Notes: generated from the sequence alone by a model not told the origin. Counted from the stretch's first letter, positions 1 through 11,606 are shown. The stretch: DNA of 64,000 nt from Chiloscyllium plagiosum (GCF_004010195.1 NC_057719.1:67211065-67275064); one strand, 5' to 3'. Numbers and translations are program-made.

Positions 1-198
1 ACTCATTGTAATCTCCCCTTATTCTCATTGCAAAAGAAGATAGCCCAAAATACATTAGAGAGGGAGAAGTTGAATAGTGGAGGTATACCCAACATTAGAC
101 TCCTCACCCCTACAAGGAAAGAATTTTGGCTCTCACAACAGAAGACCAGGATCGTTTCTATGGGGTTGTTGAAACATCCATGTCCTGCCAAAAGACTC

Positions 199-755
199 CA
201 TAAAACCATAGACATAGGAGTGGAAGTAAGGCCATTCGGCCCATCAAGTCCACTCCGCCATTCAATCATGGCTGATGGGCATTTCAACTACACATACCCG
301 CATTCTCCCTTTAATTCCTTGTGACATCAAGAATTTATCAATCTGTGCCTTGAAGACATTTAGTGTCCTGGCCTCCACTGCACTCTGCGGCAATGAATTC
401 CACAGGCCCACCTCTCCCTGGCTGAAGAAATGTCTCCGCATTTCTGTTCTGAATTGACCCCCTCTAATTCTAAGGCTGTGTCCACGGGTCCTAGTCTCCT
501 CGCCTAACGGAAACAATTTCCTAGCGTCCACCCTTTCCAAGCCATGTATTATCTTGTAAGTTTCTTTTTATATTCCAACCCTCTTGAGATAAATGACAAC
601 ATTGCATTCACTTTCTTAATCACGGACTCACCCTGCATGTTTACCTTTAGAGAATCCTCGACTAGCACTCCCAGATCCCTTTGTACTTTGGCTTTATGAA
701 TCTTCTCACCCTTTAGAAAGTAGTCCATGCTTGTATTCCTTTTTCCAAAGTGCAA
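199..755 (-). mobile_element. CR1-type LINE, 5'-truncated 3' fragment
   Basis: Minus ORFs 549-755 (HFGKRN...QRDLGVLVEDSLK) and 262-540 (LFPLGEETRTRGHSLRIRGGQFRTEMRRHFFSQ...WNSLP) match the CR1 ORF2 C-terminus; short-repeat tail near 199-218. Confidence 0.9.
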
Positions 756-955
756 GAGTCAGTAGCTCTCTGCATGTCAGTGCCACTCTCCCATTAATGT
801 GCTATCATTCTCAGTCATTGCATGTCACTTCCAAGCACTGACTGTGCTACTTTCTTTCTCTTTTGTCTTGCAGGTTCCATAAGCCTAATCTCAGTCTCAG
901 CTCCATCAGAAGCTCCATCCCTGACATCTGTGGATGAGAGTCCAGAGGACTGAGA

Positions 956-1075
956 TTCATAGAGATATACAGCACAGAAACAGACCCTTTTGTCCATGTT
1001 GACCAGATATCCGAAATTAAGTCCCCGTTGCCAGAACTTGGCCCATATCCCTCTAAATGCTTCCTATTCATATAG
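956..1075 (-). mobile_element. CR1/HER1 3' tail fragment
   Basis: Same tail (catagag...cagcacagaaacagaccc...ggcccatatccctctaaa) as at 15405-15520 and 19345-19630. Confidence 0.8.
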
Positions 1076-1185
1076 GAAATGCTGGAAAATGGGACTAGAT
1101 TAATTTACAAAATCTCGTCACCTTGAACGAGTTTGTCTCAATGTTTTGTTTCCATTCTGTGCATTTCTATAACTCTGTGGCTTTC
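1076..1185 (+). mobile_element. CR1/HER1 3' tail fragment (diverged)
   Basis: gctggaaaatgggactagatt...tgtttccattctgtgcatttctataactct resembles the tails at 29290-29390 and 44950-45052. Confidence 0.6.
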
Positions 1186-1383
1186 ATAGGACCAATAGAA
1201 ACCAGACACGTACTCAGGCCTATGTAAGACAGAGCCCTGAGGCACTAGCAATGAGGGACCAGATGCAAAAGTGGAGGGAGGGGTAGCCTCAAGGGTTGTT
1301 GGAGTGTTGTACGCGCATACATACCTACCCATTGGTTCCCAGCACCTAAGACATGGCAGCATAGGGAAAGGAAATCTTAAGGT

Positions 1384-1603
1384 GAAAGTGAGGACTGCAG
1401 ATGCTGGAGATTAGAGTCAAGATTAGAGTGGTGCTGGAAATGCACAGCAGATCAGGCAGCACCCGAGGAGCAGGAAAATCGACATTTTGGGCATGAGCCC
1501 TTCTTCAGGAATCATTCGGAAGGCCTCCTGCCCGAAAAGTTGATTTTCCTCTTCCTCGGATGTTGCCTGACCTGCTGTGCATTTCTAGTACCATTCTAAT
1601 TTT
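1384..1603. mobile_element. Non-coding palindromic derivative of Penelope-like element terminus
   Basis: Imperfect inverted repeat (~1421-1510 vs ~1513-1603); both arms are homologous to the 3' terminus at 5065-5195 of the GIY-YIG element. Confidence 0.8.
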
Positions 1604-2111
1604 GAAAGGAAACCTTAAGCCTGGTCTGTGAGTACCCTCTCCATGAGACAGGGTGGTGCCCGGAGGTACCCAGCGAGAGGAGGAACCATACACAGGTTGT
1701 TCTATCGTTTCTATTCAGGATAATATAGAAGTAGCACCCACTCTGCCTGCTTCCTCAGAACCACTTGAATTCTTGAATGTTCAAGCCAAGGATGGTTAAC
1801 TTACCTCTGGCAGCAAGATTTTCAGCTTGTCTGGCCCATCTAGAAGCAAGCACCCCTAATGTTGCTTAACAAAAGCTCCAGCGCTAATGGCCTTTAAATC
1901 CGAGCAGGCTCTTCCTCCCCAGCTGTGGAACCAGGGAGTGTATTTAGAGGGAGAGAATGAAGAAAACATATTAAGGGTAGTTGATGATATGGGTGAGAAA
2001 GGTTTTCTTATTTCACACATTTTGTACATAAATGTTGTTGACTGCAACTATGATGCATCTGCTTTTGATTCTTTATATGTAGCTGCTGAATGCATTGTCA
2101 CACCCCGTAGT

Positions 2112-2708
2112 GTGACAGGCAAGAAGGCACAACAATGTCTCCTCTTCCTCAGGAGACTATGGAAATTTGGCATGTCAATAAGGACTTCCACTAACTTTTA
2201 TAGATGGAACATAGAAAGCATTCTATCTGGATGCATGGCGGCTTGGTATGGCAACTGCTCTGCCCAAGAACTACAGAATTACAGAGAAACTACAGAGTTG
2301 TGAACACAGCCTAGTCCATCACGCAAGCAAACTTTCCATCCATTGACTCCAGCTACACTTTTTGATACCTCAGAAAGGCAGTGAATGCCATTAAAGACCC
2401 CTCCCACCTCGTTAGAATCTCTTCCAACCTCTTTCGTCAGGTTAAAAAACAGCAAAGCTTAAACACACGTACGAACAAATTCAAGATCAGCTTCTTCTAT
2501 GCTGATTTTAGACTTCTGAATGGATGTCTCAGATTTCAAATCCAATGTTGATCTTGTTTTTATGCACCTTCTTTGCAGCCATAACTTTGTATTGCTCACT
2601 CTGTTCACTCACCCAGTGACCTTTGTATGATATCTGCCTGTACTGTATGCAAAACAAAACTTTTCATTGTAGTTAGGTGCATGTGACAATAATAAATCAA
2701 AGCAAAGC
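2112..2708 (+). mobile_element. Rex1/Babar-like LINE 3' fragment
   Basis: KKAQQCLLFLRRLWKFGMSIRTSTNFYRWNIESILSGCMAAWYGNC is a typical Rex/Babar RT C-terminal region; aataaatcaaagcaaa tail; homologous to 61636-62543. Confidence 0.75.
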
Positions 2709-4454
2709 AGCTGTTCACACAAGAGGCTTCATGGATTGAGAGTTCTGGAGGGAGCTGACAAAATCAGTTGCAATCAGTGGTAACAATGTGGATACAAGTT
2801 TTTGTGTGCTGCTGGTACCTTTTGCCCTGCAGGATGATGATTCCTAATATTTGGATCTCTCTATGCACCATAACTGCCAAAGAGTTATCCAGCAATGGCT
2901 ATGCCAGGGAGATGCCAACGTCAGAGAGGGCTAATAGTGCAGAGAGGCCACGGAGTGCCAACTGTACAGATCTGTTTGCTTGACCATTTAGGGGCATAGG
3001 ACCTATGCAATTCCTCTTTAAAGCCCTCGGAACTGTGTGTGCTGCATCTCCCTCCTAAGCAGGTTGTCTCACTTATCCTGCCAACTCACATTGTAGTCAC
3101 AGCCATTTTCCTCCCCTCTGCATACTTTCAATTTCCAGCAGAATAGAAGGTGAAAGTGACAATTCTTTTTCCTGTGGCTTCCAGCATTAACCTGACCGTG
3201 TCAGTGCATCCTCAAATATTCACGTCCCTTTCCTCGTAGCCCACCTCGATAAGCCCATCCCACTTCCCATTGCCCTATTCCCAGCCCATAATTTACAGTC
3301 AGGTCTCCTTTGTTTCACACACCCTCACCCCCCCCAACCTCAAATTTGTGCTGTGCCTTGACCCATAGCCTGAAGTCCCTAATCCTGATGACTAATGTGC
3401 TGGAGCTCAGTGCCACAGCCGTGCCCACTAATTCATTCCCCTCCTCTCAACTCCTTTCCCTTTAGTTTCCGGGGACGGATTCAATGGCCTGACTGTGGCC
3501 CATCCCTTCAACAACATTACTGGACCCCTAGTCAATGATTGGACCAAAACATTTCCTCAAATGTATTAGTCTTTTCCCCGGATTGGCTGATATGGCACCA
3601 ACAGACTGGCATGGCTTACTCACTGGATTGCAGAAGCACGGACCGCTTGATTGAGACTGGTTTGATTTGAAGCCTGACTGTGAACATCCTATAGGATGCT
3701 GCACTTCACTGATTGTGTTGTGACCCCTGAATATTGCGTGTCTCCAAGGACTTCATTGAGGACTACTCCCTTTATAATTGAATACTTGGCTGCCTACTTG
3801 CTGCCCACGCAAAGGTGGTTGTACATAAGCTGCTGGCACATGGAACACATGTGAGATTGATGTAACATGCCACCATACAGCAAGACGTACAACCCCAGGA
3901 GTGAGGACTGCTGAGCTGCAAGGCAAGTTGCCTGGTTGTGTGACTGTGCTAATCAGCATGTCAAGGCAAGGCGACGATGCTGTGAGCAAGCACATAGACA
4001 CTAAATGAATGAGGGCTAATCATGAAAGTGAACATCCCTGAGCTGGAGCTTAGTCGAGTGTGTGAGTTAAGTGCCCAATCCTGTGTGCAAAATATCCCCA
4101 TTACAGACTTTCAATTTCTTGGTATAACCTGCAATGCAAGTGTGTGCATCCAGATCATACAGCCAGTGGATAGTGGAATAGTGGATAGTTGAGATGGGCT
4201 GATAGTTGTCAGATGCCAATATCCATGGAATACAGGGGACTGTGCTTGGTGCCCTTGCATTTTGCCTGGAGCTGTGGTTTTGTCACAGGCAACTTGGAGG
4301 TGGTTCAGAGCAAACAGCAAGCTTCATCTGCCAGGTACACATTCTGATTTCCTTGACAAGTATTCCCAACATTGGGCTTGTTTGGTAAGGTGATGTATAT
4401 TAATGAGATGACTTGTGGTGGTAACAATGTATTTAATAAGCTATAATCCCCATA

Positions 4455-5197
4455 AATTGCCATCGAGGTGCAAGACTTGCGCCCACACCTCCCCCCTCAC
4501 CTCCCTCCAAGGCCCCAAAGGAAACTTCCATATCCGCCACAGATTCACCTGTACCTCCACACATATCATCTATTGCATCCTTTGCACCCGATGTGGCCTC
4601 CTCTATATTGGGGAGACAGGCCGCCTACTTGCGGAGCGTTTCAGAGAACACCTCTGGGACACCCGGACCAACCAACCCAACCACCCTGTAGCTCAACATT
4701 TCAATTCCCCCTCCCACTCCACCAAGGATATGCAGGTCTTTGGACTCCTCCATCGTCAGACCACAGCGAAACGACGGTTGGAGGAAGAACGCCTCATCTT
4801 CCGGCTAGGAACCCTCCAACCACAAGGGATGAACTCGGATTTCACCAGTTTCCTCATTTCCCCTCCCCCCAGCCTGTCTCAGTCAAATCCATCAAATTCA
4901 GCACCGCCTTCCTAACCTGCAATCTTCTTCCCGACCTCTCCGCCCCCACCCCAGTCTGACCTATCACCCTCACCTTGACCTCTTTCCACCTATCACATTT
5001 CCGACGCCCCTCCCCCAAGTCCCTCCTCCCTATCTTTTATCTTAGCCTGCTGGACCAACTTCCCTCATTCCTGAAGAAGGGCTAATGCCCGAAACGTCGA
5101 TTCTCCTGTTCCCTAGATGCTGCCTGACCTGCTGCACTTTTCCAGCAACACATTTCCATCTCTGATCTCCAGCATCTGCAGACCTCACTTTCTCCTC
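4455..5197 (+). mobile_element. Penelope-like element, 5'-truncated, with GIY-YIG endonuclease C-terminus and 3' pseudo-LTR
   Basis: ORF 4415-4915: CKTC...FTCTSTHIIYCILCTRCGLLYIGETGRLLAERFREH...VAQHFN...LEEERLIFRLGTLQPQGMN (PLE-type GIY-YIG); C-rich UTR and hammerhead-like motif downstream. Confidence 0.9.
5067..5102 (+). ncRNA. Putative minimal type I hammerhead ribozyme in PLE terminus
   Basis: CUGAAGA (5071-5077), extra A, stem GGGC-UAAU-GCCC (5079-5090), GAAAC (5091-5095), GUC (5096-5098); helix III reduced to palindromic ACGU; helix I very short. Confidence 0.65.
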
Positions 5198-5311
5198 AAA
5201 GATTGTCATGACTATGCCATGCCACTTATGAAGAGCATAAAAGTTGGAGCAAGATGATTTTAATGTTGAGACGGATCTCATCACACTTGTGGTCTGATTC
5301 TTCCACCAATC

Positions 5312-5655
5312 GTAATCATAATCCCAACAGTGTGAAAACAGGCCATTCAGCCCTACAAGTTCACACCGACCCTCTGGAGAGCATCCCACCCAGACTCAAC
5401 CTTTACTGTAGCCCGGCATTTCCCCATGGCTAACCTACTTAACCTACACACCTCTGAACCTGATGAGCAAGTTAGGATGGCCAATCCATCTAACCTGTAC
5501 ATCTTTGGATGGTGGGAGGAAACCGGAGCACCCGAAGGAAACCCACGCAGACATGGGGAGAATGTGCAAACCCCGCATAGTCACCTGAGGCTGGAATCAA
5601 ACCCAGATCCCTGATGCAGTGAGGCAGCAATGCTAACCACTGAGCCACCATGCCT
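5312..5655 (-). mobile_element. HE1-type tRNA-derived SINE
   Basis: Reverse complement begins ggcatggtggctcagtggttagcattgctgcctcac; homologous to 11281-11606. Confidence 0.9.
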
Positions 5656-6334
5656 CATCTTGCCATAACCCAGCTCATTCATATTCGTCCATAGTGAAGA
5701 AGAGGTTCATATTTTAAATGTATGTAAAATCCAGACAAATGTCTAGTTTATTCATTTAAGTGTAAGGGATATAAAATAAATCTGTAATGAGTTCTGCCTA
5801 CCAAATCTTACTATTTCTAACTGATGACCCAATGGAACTCATACATTATTGAAGTTCATTTAATCAAGGTTTAAGTTTCTTGACTGATTATAATTGAGAT
5901 CCAGTATTGACACAGTACCCATCGCTTAAATGTTAAATGCACATCAAATGTACCATTGGGTCATGTATTCAGACTTGACTGCTGGCCTTGTGCTTTGTTA
6001 GTCTAACTTGAGCCAAGGTTAACAATTGGCCAGGACTTAGGACCTTGTCCAACCTCAGGACCTTGTCCATACAGTAGTATTTGGACCTCCAAAAAAAAAC
6101 TAAATTTGAAGCACTTGAAATGTTTAACTGTATGAAGGACTTAGGGAAGGGCAGATTTCTTTAGGAAGTTCCCATGTTTTTATGGGAGACTGGATAAGGT
6201 TCAGGTATTGTGTCCCCCAAAAGCAAATATTCATTGCATTACGATACAGCTATATACATGAATAATAGAGATTTTTATGAAGTGTAAATGTGTGCTTCTG
6301 TCATGTTGTACCCCACTCTGAGTCAACTCCTTCA

Positions 6335-6945
6335 GAAAATTGCCCACGTATGTTCAGTCAACAAGATGTAGGGAAAATCCAACTCATTCAATTATCACCG
6401 TCATAAGAGTCTATACCTGATCATCACCAATGTGATAGAAGTTGTTGTCAACTCATTGATGCTCAGTTTGGCTTTTGTCAGGGTCATTCAGCTCCTGACC
6501 TCATTACAGCTTTAATCCAAACATGAACAAAAGAGCTGAATTTAAGAGGTGAGATGAGAGTGACTGCCCTCAACATCAAGGTAGCATTTACATTATAACA
6601 TCACGAAGACCTGGCAAAACTGAAGCCAAAGGAATCTGGGGAAGAACTTTCCACTGCCCAAGGACACATCTCACACAAAGGAAGATGACTGTGGTTGTTT
6701 TCAACCCCAGGACATCACAACAAGAATTCCTCAGGGTAATGTTCTATGTCCTATTTACATCTGCTTCATCAATAACGTTTCCGCTATCATAAGTCAGAAG
6801 TGGCATTATTGTTGATGATAGCGCAACATTCAGTATCAGTTAGAACCCAATATTGAAGCAATCTGTGTAAATTTCCAACAAGACTTTGACAACATCTGGC
6901 TTGTGCTGATAAAGTGGCAAGTATCATTGGCACCATACAAAGACC
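6335..6945 (+). mobile_element. Decayed RT fragment of the LINE family seen at 54335-56968
   Basis: aaaattgcccacgtatgt, gatgctcagtttgg, gacctcattacagc and aattcctcagggta are colinear with 56120-56770. Confidence 0.75.
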
Positions 6946-8342
6946 ATAACTTCTTTTTCTGTATAATTGACTGTGGACTAAAATGGGAAAGAAAATCTGT
7001 TTAAAAGATCAAGGATTGGTGGAAAAAAGATTGCTGCACTTTTTTAAAAGCAAGTAATCTCACACTCAGAGTAAGTGCTGTTTATACAGCTGCTTGTTCA
7101 AATAACGAAAGCTTGGTTTGCAGACAAACTGGAGCCCAGGGGTGTGTATGAATGGATCCTTGGCTGACAAGTAACTAATTGGTCTTGAACTAGTGACATT
7201 AGTCTCTTGGATAAATTAATCATTGATTTATTTCAATTGAAAGTGAATCCACCTCCAGAATAGGCTCCATAAACAGCAGTTCAATTTACCAAAAAACAGT
7301 CCACAAAGACCACTGATTGCTTAAAGCACAACAGAGCATTCAACCAGCTGAGATAAATTTCATGTCTGAAAAATATACAATTTGAGGTAAGATCCATGTG
7401 AAATCCAAAACAATCTATTGCTACAATATCTTATCATAGCTTAACCCCACATAATGAAGGCAAAACTGATCAGCCTTACCCCAACAATCTATGCATTGTA
7501 GGAAAAGATGACCCAATTCAAAGATGTGCCACAGTCCAAAGAATATACCCAACGTCAAATCAAGTAATTTCCAGGCCACTATGTATATTCATGGCTTGGA
7601 ACAGAACACTGAAGACCAGGTCAATACTTCAATAGAACTTTTTTTTATAATGTGGAACTACCAATCATCAACGGACAAATAAAATAATTTTTCACTCAAA
7701 GAAGTAAACTTCTAACCCAATTTCTTTCAATATTTTCTAATCAACTTATTCAGCGATACTATTACACAGTTCTGGAGCAAGTGGGACTTGAACTTCAACC
7801 TAACTTCTCATTCATTCCTGCAGTTATATCAACACAAGACGCTGCAGCGAGTACTTCACGTTCAGGGCATTTGGTCAGGTCTCCAGCTCAATTGAGTCTC
7901 TGGAATGGAAGCCAACAGAGAAAAAGAAATCTCACTAACATTACCTCAAGTATTTCTACACTTTCTTTTAGATTTTTCTTATCCACCTATGAACACAGAA
8001 GAGTCAAGTCAAAGACTTGCAGAGAGATGGAAGAAATAAGGACAAAATGTACAATGAATATTGTAAAAAGAAGTAATCAGAATAACTCATGTATAAACGT
8101 ATCAGTGTTTATGAAGGGAGGGAGAAAATTTGGCGAGCGGTGATGTGTAAGTGTTTTAGAATCTGGAGCAACCTTGTAATGATGTGAACGAGTGACTTTT
8201 CTCTGAGCACACATATCACAGTACAGTGGAGTTATTTAGATTGAGAGGAGAGTGAAGAGAGAAACACGTGTAGATAATTGACTCCTAATAACCTAACTGT
8301 GAGATTAGAACCTATTATATTTCAGATCGGCATGTGTCGATA

Positions 8343-9005
8343 CATTTAGTGTTAATGTGCAATTAATAGAGTTCTTCAGAAGTGCAAGCCTGAAGACACT
8401 TCTTGTCCTTACCTTTTCAACCAGTCTGTCTTGAACCCAAACCTTAGATGTGGGTATAATGCTGCCATCATCCCAGAGAACCATAGGGTTGCTTTCTCAT
8501 TGGAGAGAGTGAGATGATTAGTGGTGAGTTTAACCTAAGAGTCATCACACTTCAGGTGAAGGATCAGATTGAAAAGAGGAGCTTTGTGGTAACCTTGCAA
8601 ACCAGTTGTTCAGCCTACTGAGCTAACTGACTCCTAATGTGGGCATAAAATGACATGACAAAAGAGTTTTTTTCTTTCAAAAATATACTTTATTCATAAA
8701 AATATTTTGATGATCTGTACAATAGCTCAGTAGGCTGAACAACTGGTTTGCAAGGTTACCACAAAACTCCTCTTTTCAATCTGATCCTTCACCTGAAGTG
8801 TGATGACTCTTAGGTTAAACTCACCACTAATCATCTCACTCTCTCCAATGAGAAAGCAACCCTATGGTTCTCTGGGATGATGGCAGCATTATACCCACAT
8901 CTAAGGTTTGGGTTCAAGACAGACTGGTTGAAAAGGTAAGGACAAGAAGTGTCTTCAGGCTTGCACTTCTGAAGAACTCTATTAATTGCACATTAACACT
9001 AAATG
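8343..9005. repeat. 283-bp near-perfect inverted repeat (8343-8625 / 8723-9005), 97-bp spacer
   Basis: Arms read as reverse complements; only one mismatch seen (8582 vs 8766). Confidence 0.95.
8460..8634 (-). mobile_element. Old tRNA-headed SINE-like fragment in the L1 flank
   Basis: Reverse complement starts ggagtcagttagctcagtaggctg (A-box-like). Confidence 0.4.
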
Positions 9006-11174
9006 CCATACATATGTAAATATTCCATTTCTTTGCATACATTTCTTGGACCTTGGAATGTGCCAGTCCGCAATGCTCAGTCAGGGTCAGCTCCTTTAGC
9101 TGGAAGATCAACAGGTTTCGGACAGACCAAAGAGTGTCTTTCACCGAGTTGATGATCCTCCTGGCACAGTTGATGTTCGTCTTGGTGTGCGTCCCGGGGA
9201 ACAGACCGTAGAGCACGGAGTCCTGTGTCATGGCGTTGCTCAGGACGAACCTCGACAAACACCACTGCATTCCTCTCCAGACTTCCTTTGTGTGGGCACA
9301 TTCCAGAAGGAGGTGTGTGACAGTCTCGTCCCCTCCGCAGCCGCTTCGAGGGCAGCATGCGGTGCTGCAGAGAGTCTGGGCGTGCATAAAGGGTCTCACA
9401 GGCAGAACCCTTCTCACCACCAGCCACGCCATGTCTTGGTGCTTGTTGGAAAGTTCTGGCGATGAGGCATTCTGCCAAATGACTTTGACAGTCTCCCCAG
9501 GGAACAGCTCGACAGGATCCGCTCTCCTTTTCCCGAAGGGTCTCAAGGACACTATGTGCTGATCACTTTCTGATGGACTTGTGGTCAAAGGTGTTTTTCT
9601 TCATAAACTTCTCCACGAAGGATAGGTGATACGGAACGGTCCAACTACTTGGAGCATTCCGTAGCAGCGAGGCCAGGCCCATCCTTCGGAACACCGGGGA
9701 CAGGTAGAACCTCAGTACATAGTGACACTTTGTGTTTGCGTACCGGGGATCCACGCACAGCTTGATGCAGCCACACACAAAGGTGGCCATCAAGGTGAGG
9801 GTGGCATTGGGTGTGTTTTTTTCCCCCGTTGCCCAGAGCTTTGTACATCGAGCCCCTTCGGACCCTGGCCATCTTTGATCTCCGTACAAAATGGAAGATG
9901 GCCCGGGGGACTGCGACGGCACAGGTTCTGGGAATAGGCCAGACCTGTGCCACATATAACAGCACTGACAGTACCTCACACCTGATGACCAGGTTTTTAC
10001 CCGCAATGGAGAGCGACCGTAGTTTCCATCAGTCCAGTTTCTGCCTCACTTTCTTGATATGCTCCCCCAAGACTTGGCGCATGCTCCAGCCCCTCCGAAC
10101 CAAATACCCAGCACCTTCAGGTGGTCAGTCCTGATGGTGAAGAGGATGAAGGATTGGTCGGTCCAGTTCCCAAAAAGCATGGCCTCGCTCTTGCCTCGGT
10201 TGACCTTGGCCCCCAAGGCCCATTCGAACTGGTCACATATGCACAAGAGTCTGTGCACGGTCAGCGGATCTGAGCAGAAAATGGTGACATCATCCATGTA
10301 CAGGGAGGGCCCCGCTGCCAGGAATAGTCACCCCTATCAGGCTCAGTTACGTCATCTCAGGCTGATGTCATGAGGATCAGCAAATCCTTCTACGCCATTC
10401 TGTATGAATCGAAGCCAACCGACAGTGCGGCCTCCCAGTCGTTCCTGTCCTCTATCACGGAGGTCTTAGACGACAGAACACGGGAGAGGCTGGACCAGCC
10501 GCTATCGCTGGATGAGCTGACCAAGGCCCTTGAGTCCTTTGAAATGAATAAAACTCCCGGAGGCAACGGCTTACCAGTTGAGCTCTATTCTGCTCTGTGG
10601 GACTTGATTGGCCAGGACCTGCTGGAGGTGTATGTCAGTATGCTTCGGGCAGGTACCATGAGTGAATCCATGAGGAAAGGCATCATCACCCTCATCTACA
10701 AGCGGAAGGGGGAGAGGGAGGAAATCAGAAATTGGAGACCAATTTCACTATTAAATGCAGATTACAAAATCTTGGCAAAGGTCTTCGCCAACCGAGTCAG
10801 GTCTGCTCTGGGATCGGTGATCCACCCTGACCAAACCGGGCAGGAAGATCGCTGAGAGTCTTGTACTCCTCAGGGATACAATCGCCTATGTTCAGAACAG
10901 GCGGTTGGACACCTGCCTCATCAGCCTGGACCAGGAGAAAGCCTTTGACAGGATATCACATACATATGTGAGAGATGTTCTCTCCAAAATGGGCTTTGGG
11001 GAGGGAATCTGTAATTGGATCAGACTGCTCTACACCAATATTGTCAGTGCAGTCTCAATCAATGGGTAGGAATCAGAGAGCTTCCCAGTCAGATCTGGAG
11101 TCAGGCAGGGCTGCCCTCTCTCTCCTGCATTGTTTGTGTGCTGCATAGAGCCATTTGCTGAGTCCATCAGCAAG
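8669..11174 (-). mobile_element. L1/Tx1-clade LINE, 5'-truncated and 5'-inverted, 17-bp TSD
   Basis: TSD gacatgacaaaagagtt at 8652-8668 and 11175-11191; poly(T) and tttatt near 8667-8694; minus part has YMDD (ORF 10046-10297) and CPRSGC...HLLLEC knuckle; plus part 10345-11174 has KTPGGNGLP, NWRPISLLNADYKILAK, SLDQEKAFD, GVRQGCPLSP. Confidence 0.93.
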
Positions 11175-11280
11175 GACATGACAAAAGAGTTACCTCATCT
11201 AAGTCATTGATGTGGAGTTTAAACATCTGAGGCCCTATCACTGATCCTAGAAGTGTGGGCGGCACTGATCCTAGAAGTGT

Positions 11281-11606
11281 GGGCGGCACGGTGGCACAGT
11301 GGTTAGCACTGCTGCCTCACAGCGCTTGAGACCCGGGTTCAATTCCCGCCTCAGGCGACTGACTGTGTGGAGTTTGCACGTTCTCCCCGTGTCTGCGTGG
11401 GTTTCCTCCGGGTGCTCCGGTTTCCTCCCACAGTCCAAAAGATGTGCAGGGTTAGGTGAATTGGCCATGCTAAATTGCCCGTAGTGTTAGGTAAGGGGTA
11501 AATGTAGGGGTATGGGTGGGTTTCGCTTCGGCGGGTCGGTGTGGACTTGTTGGGCCGAAGGGCCTGTTTCCACACTGTAATGTAATCTAATCTAATCTAA
11601 ATCTAA
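11281..11606 (+). mobile_element. HE1-type SINE, young full-length copy
   Basis: gggcggcacggtggcacagtggttagc A-box, ggttcaattcc B-box, CpG-rich body, (tctaa)n tail. Confidence 0.95.

Noticed and set aside
848..952. Strong polypyrimidine/AG acceptor followed by GSISLISVSAPSEAPSLTSVDESPED*
   Set aside because: No recognisable protein or partner exon; lies between repeats
7781..8143. 120-aa plus ORF and a minus-strand acceptor-like tract near 7900-7935
   Set aside because: No recognisable domain; the ORF starts in a SINE-like fragment; all minus frames stop quickly
8914..9588. 224-aa ORF as an intact gene
   Set aside because: It is the L1/Tx1 ORF2 C-terminus reading through into UTR and inverted flank DNA
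11281..11350. tRNA-like A/B boxes as tRNA genes
   Set aside because: They are SINE heads continuing into HE1 bodies, not stand-alone tRNAs
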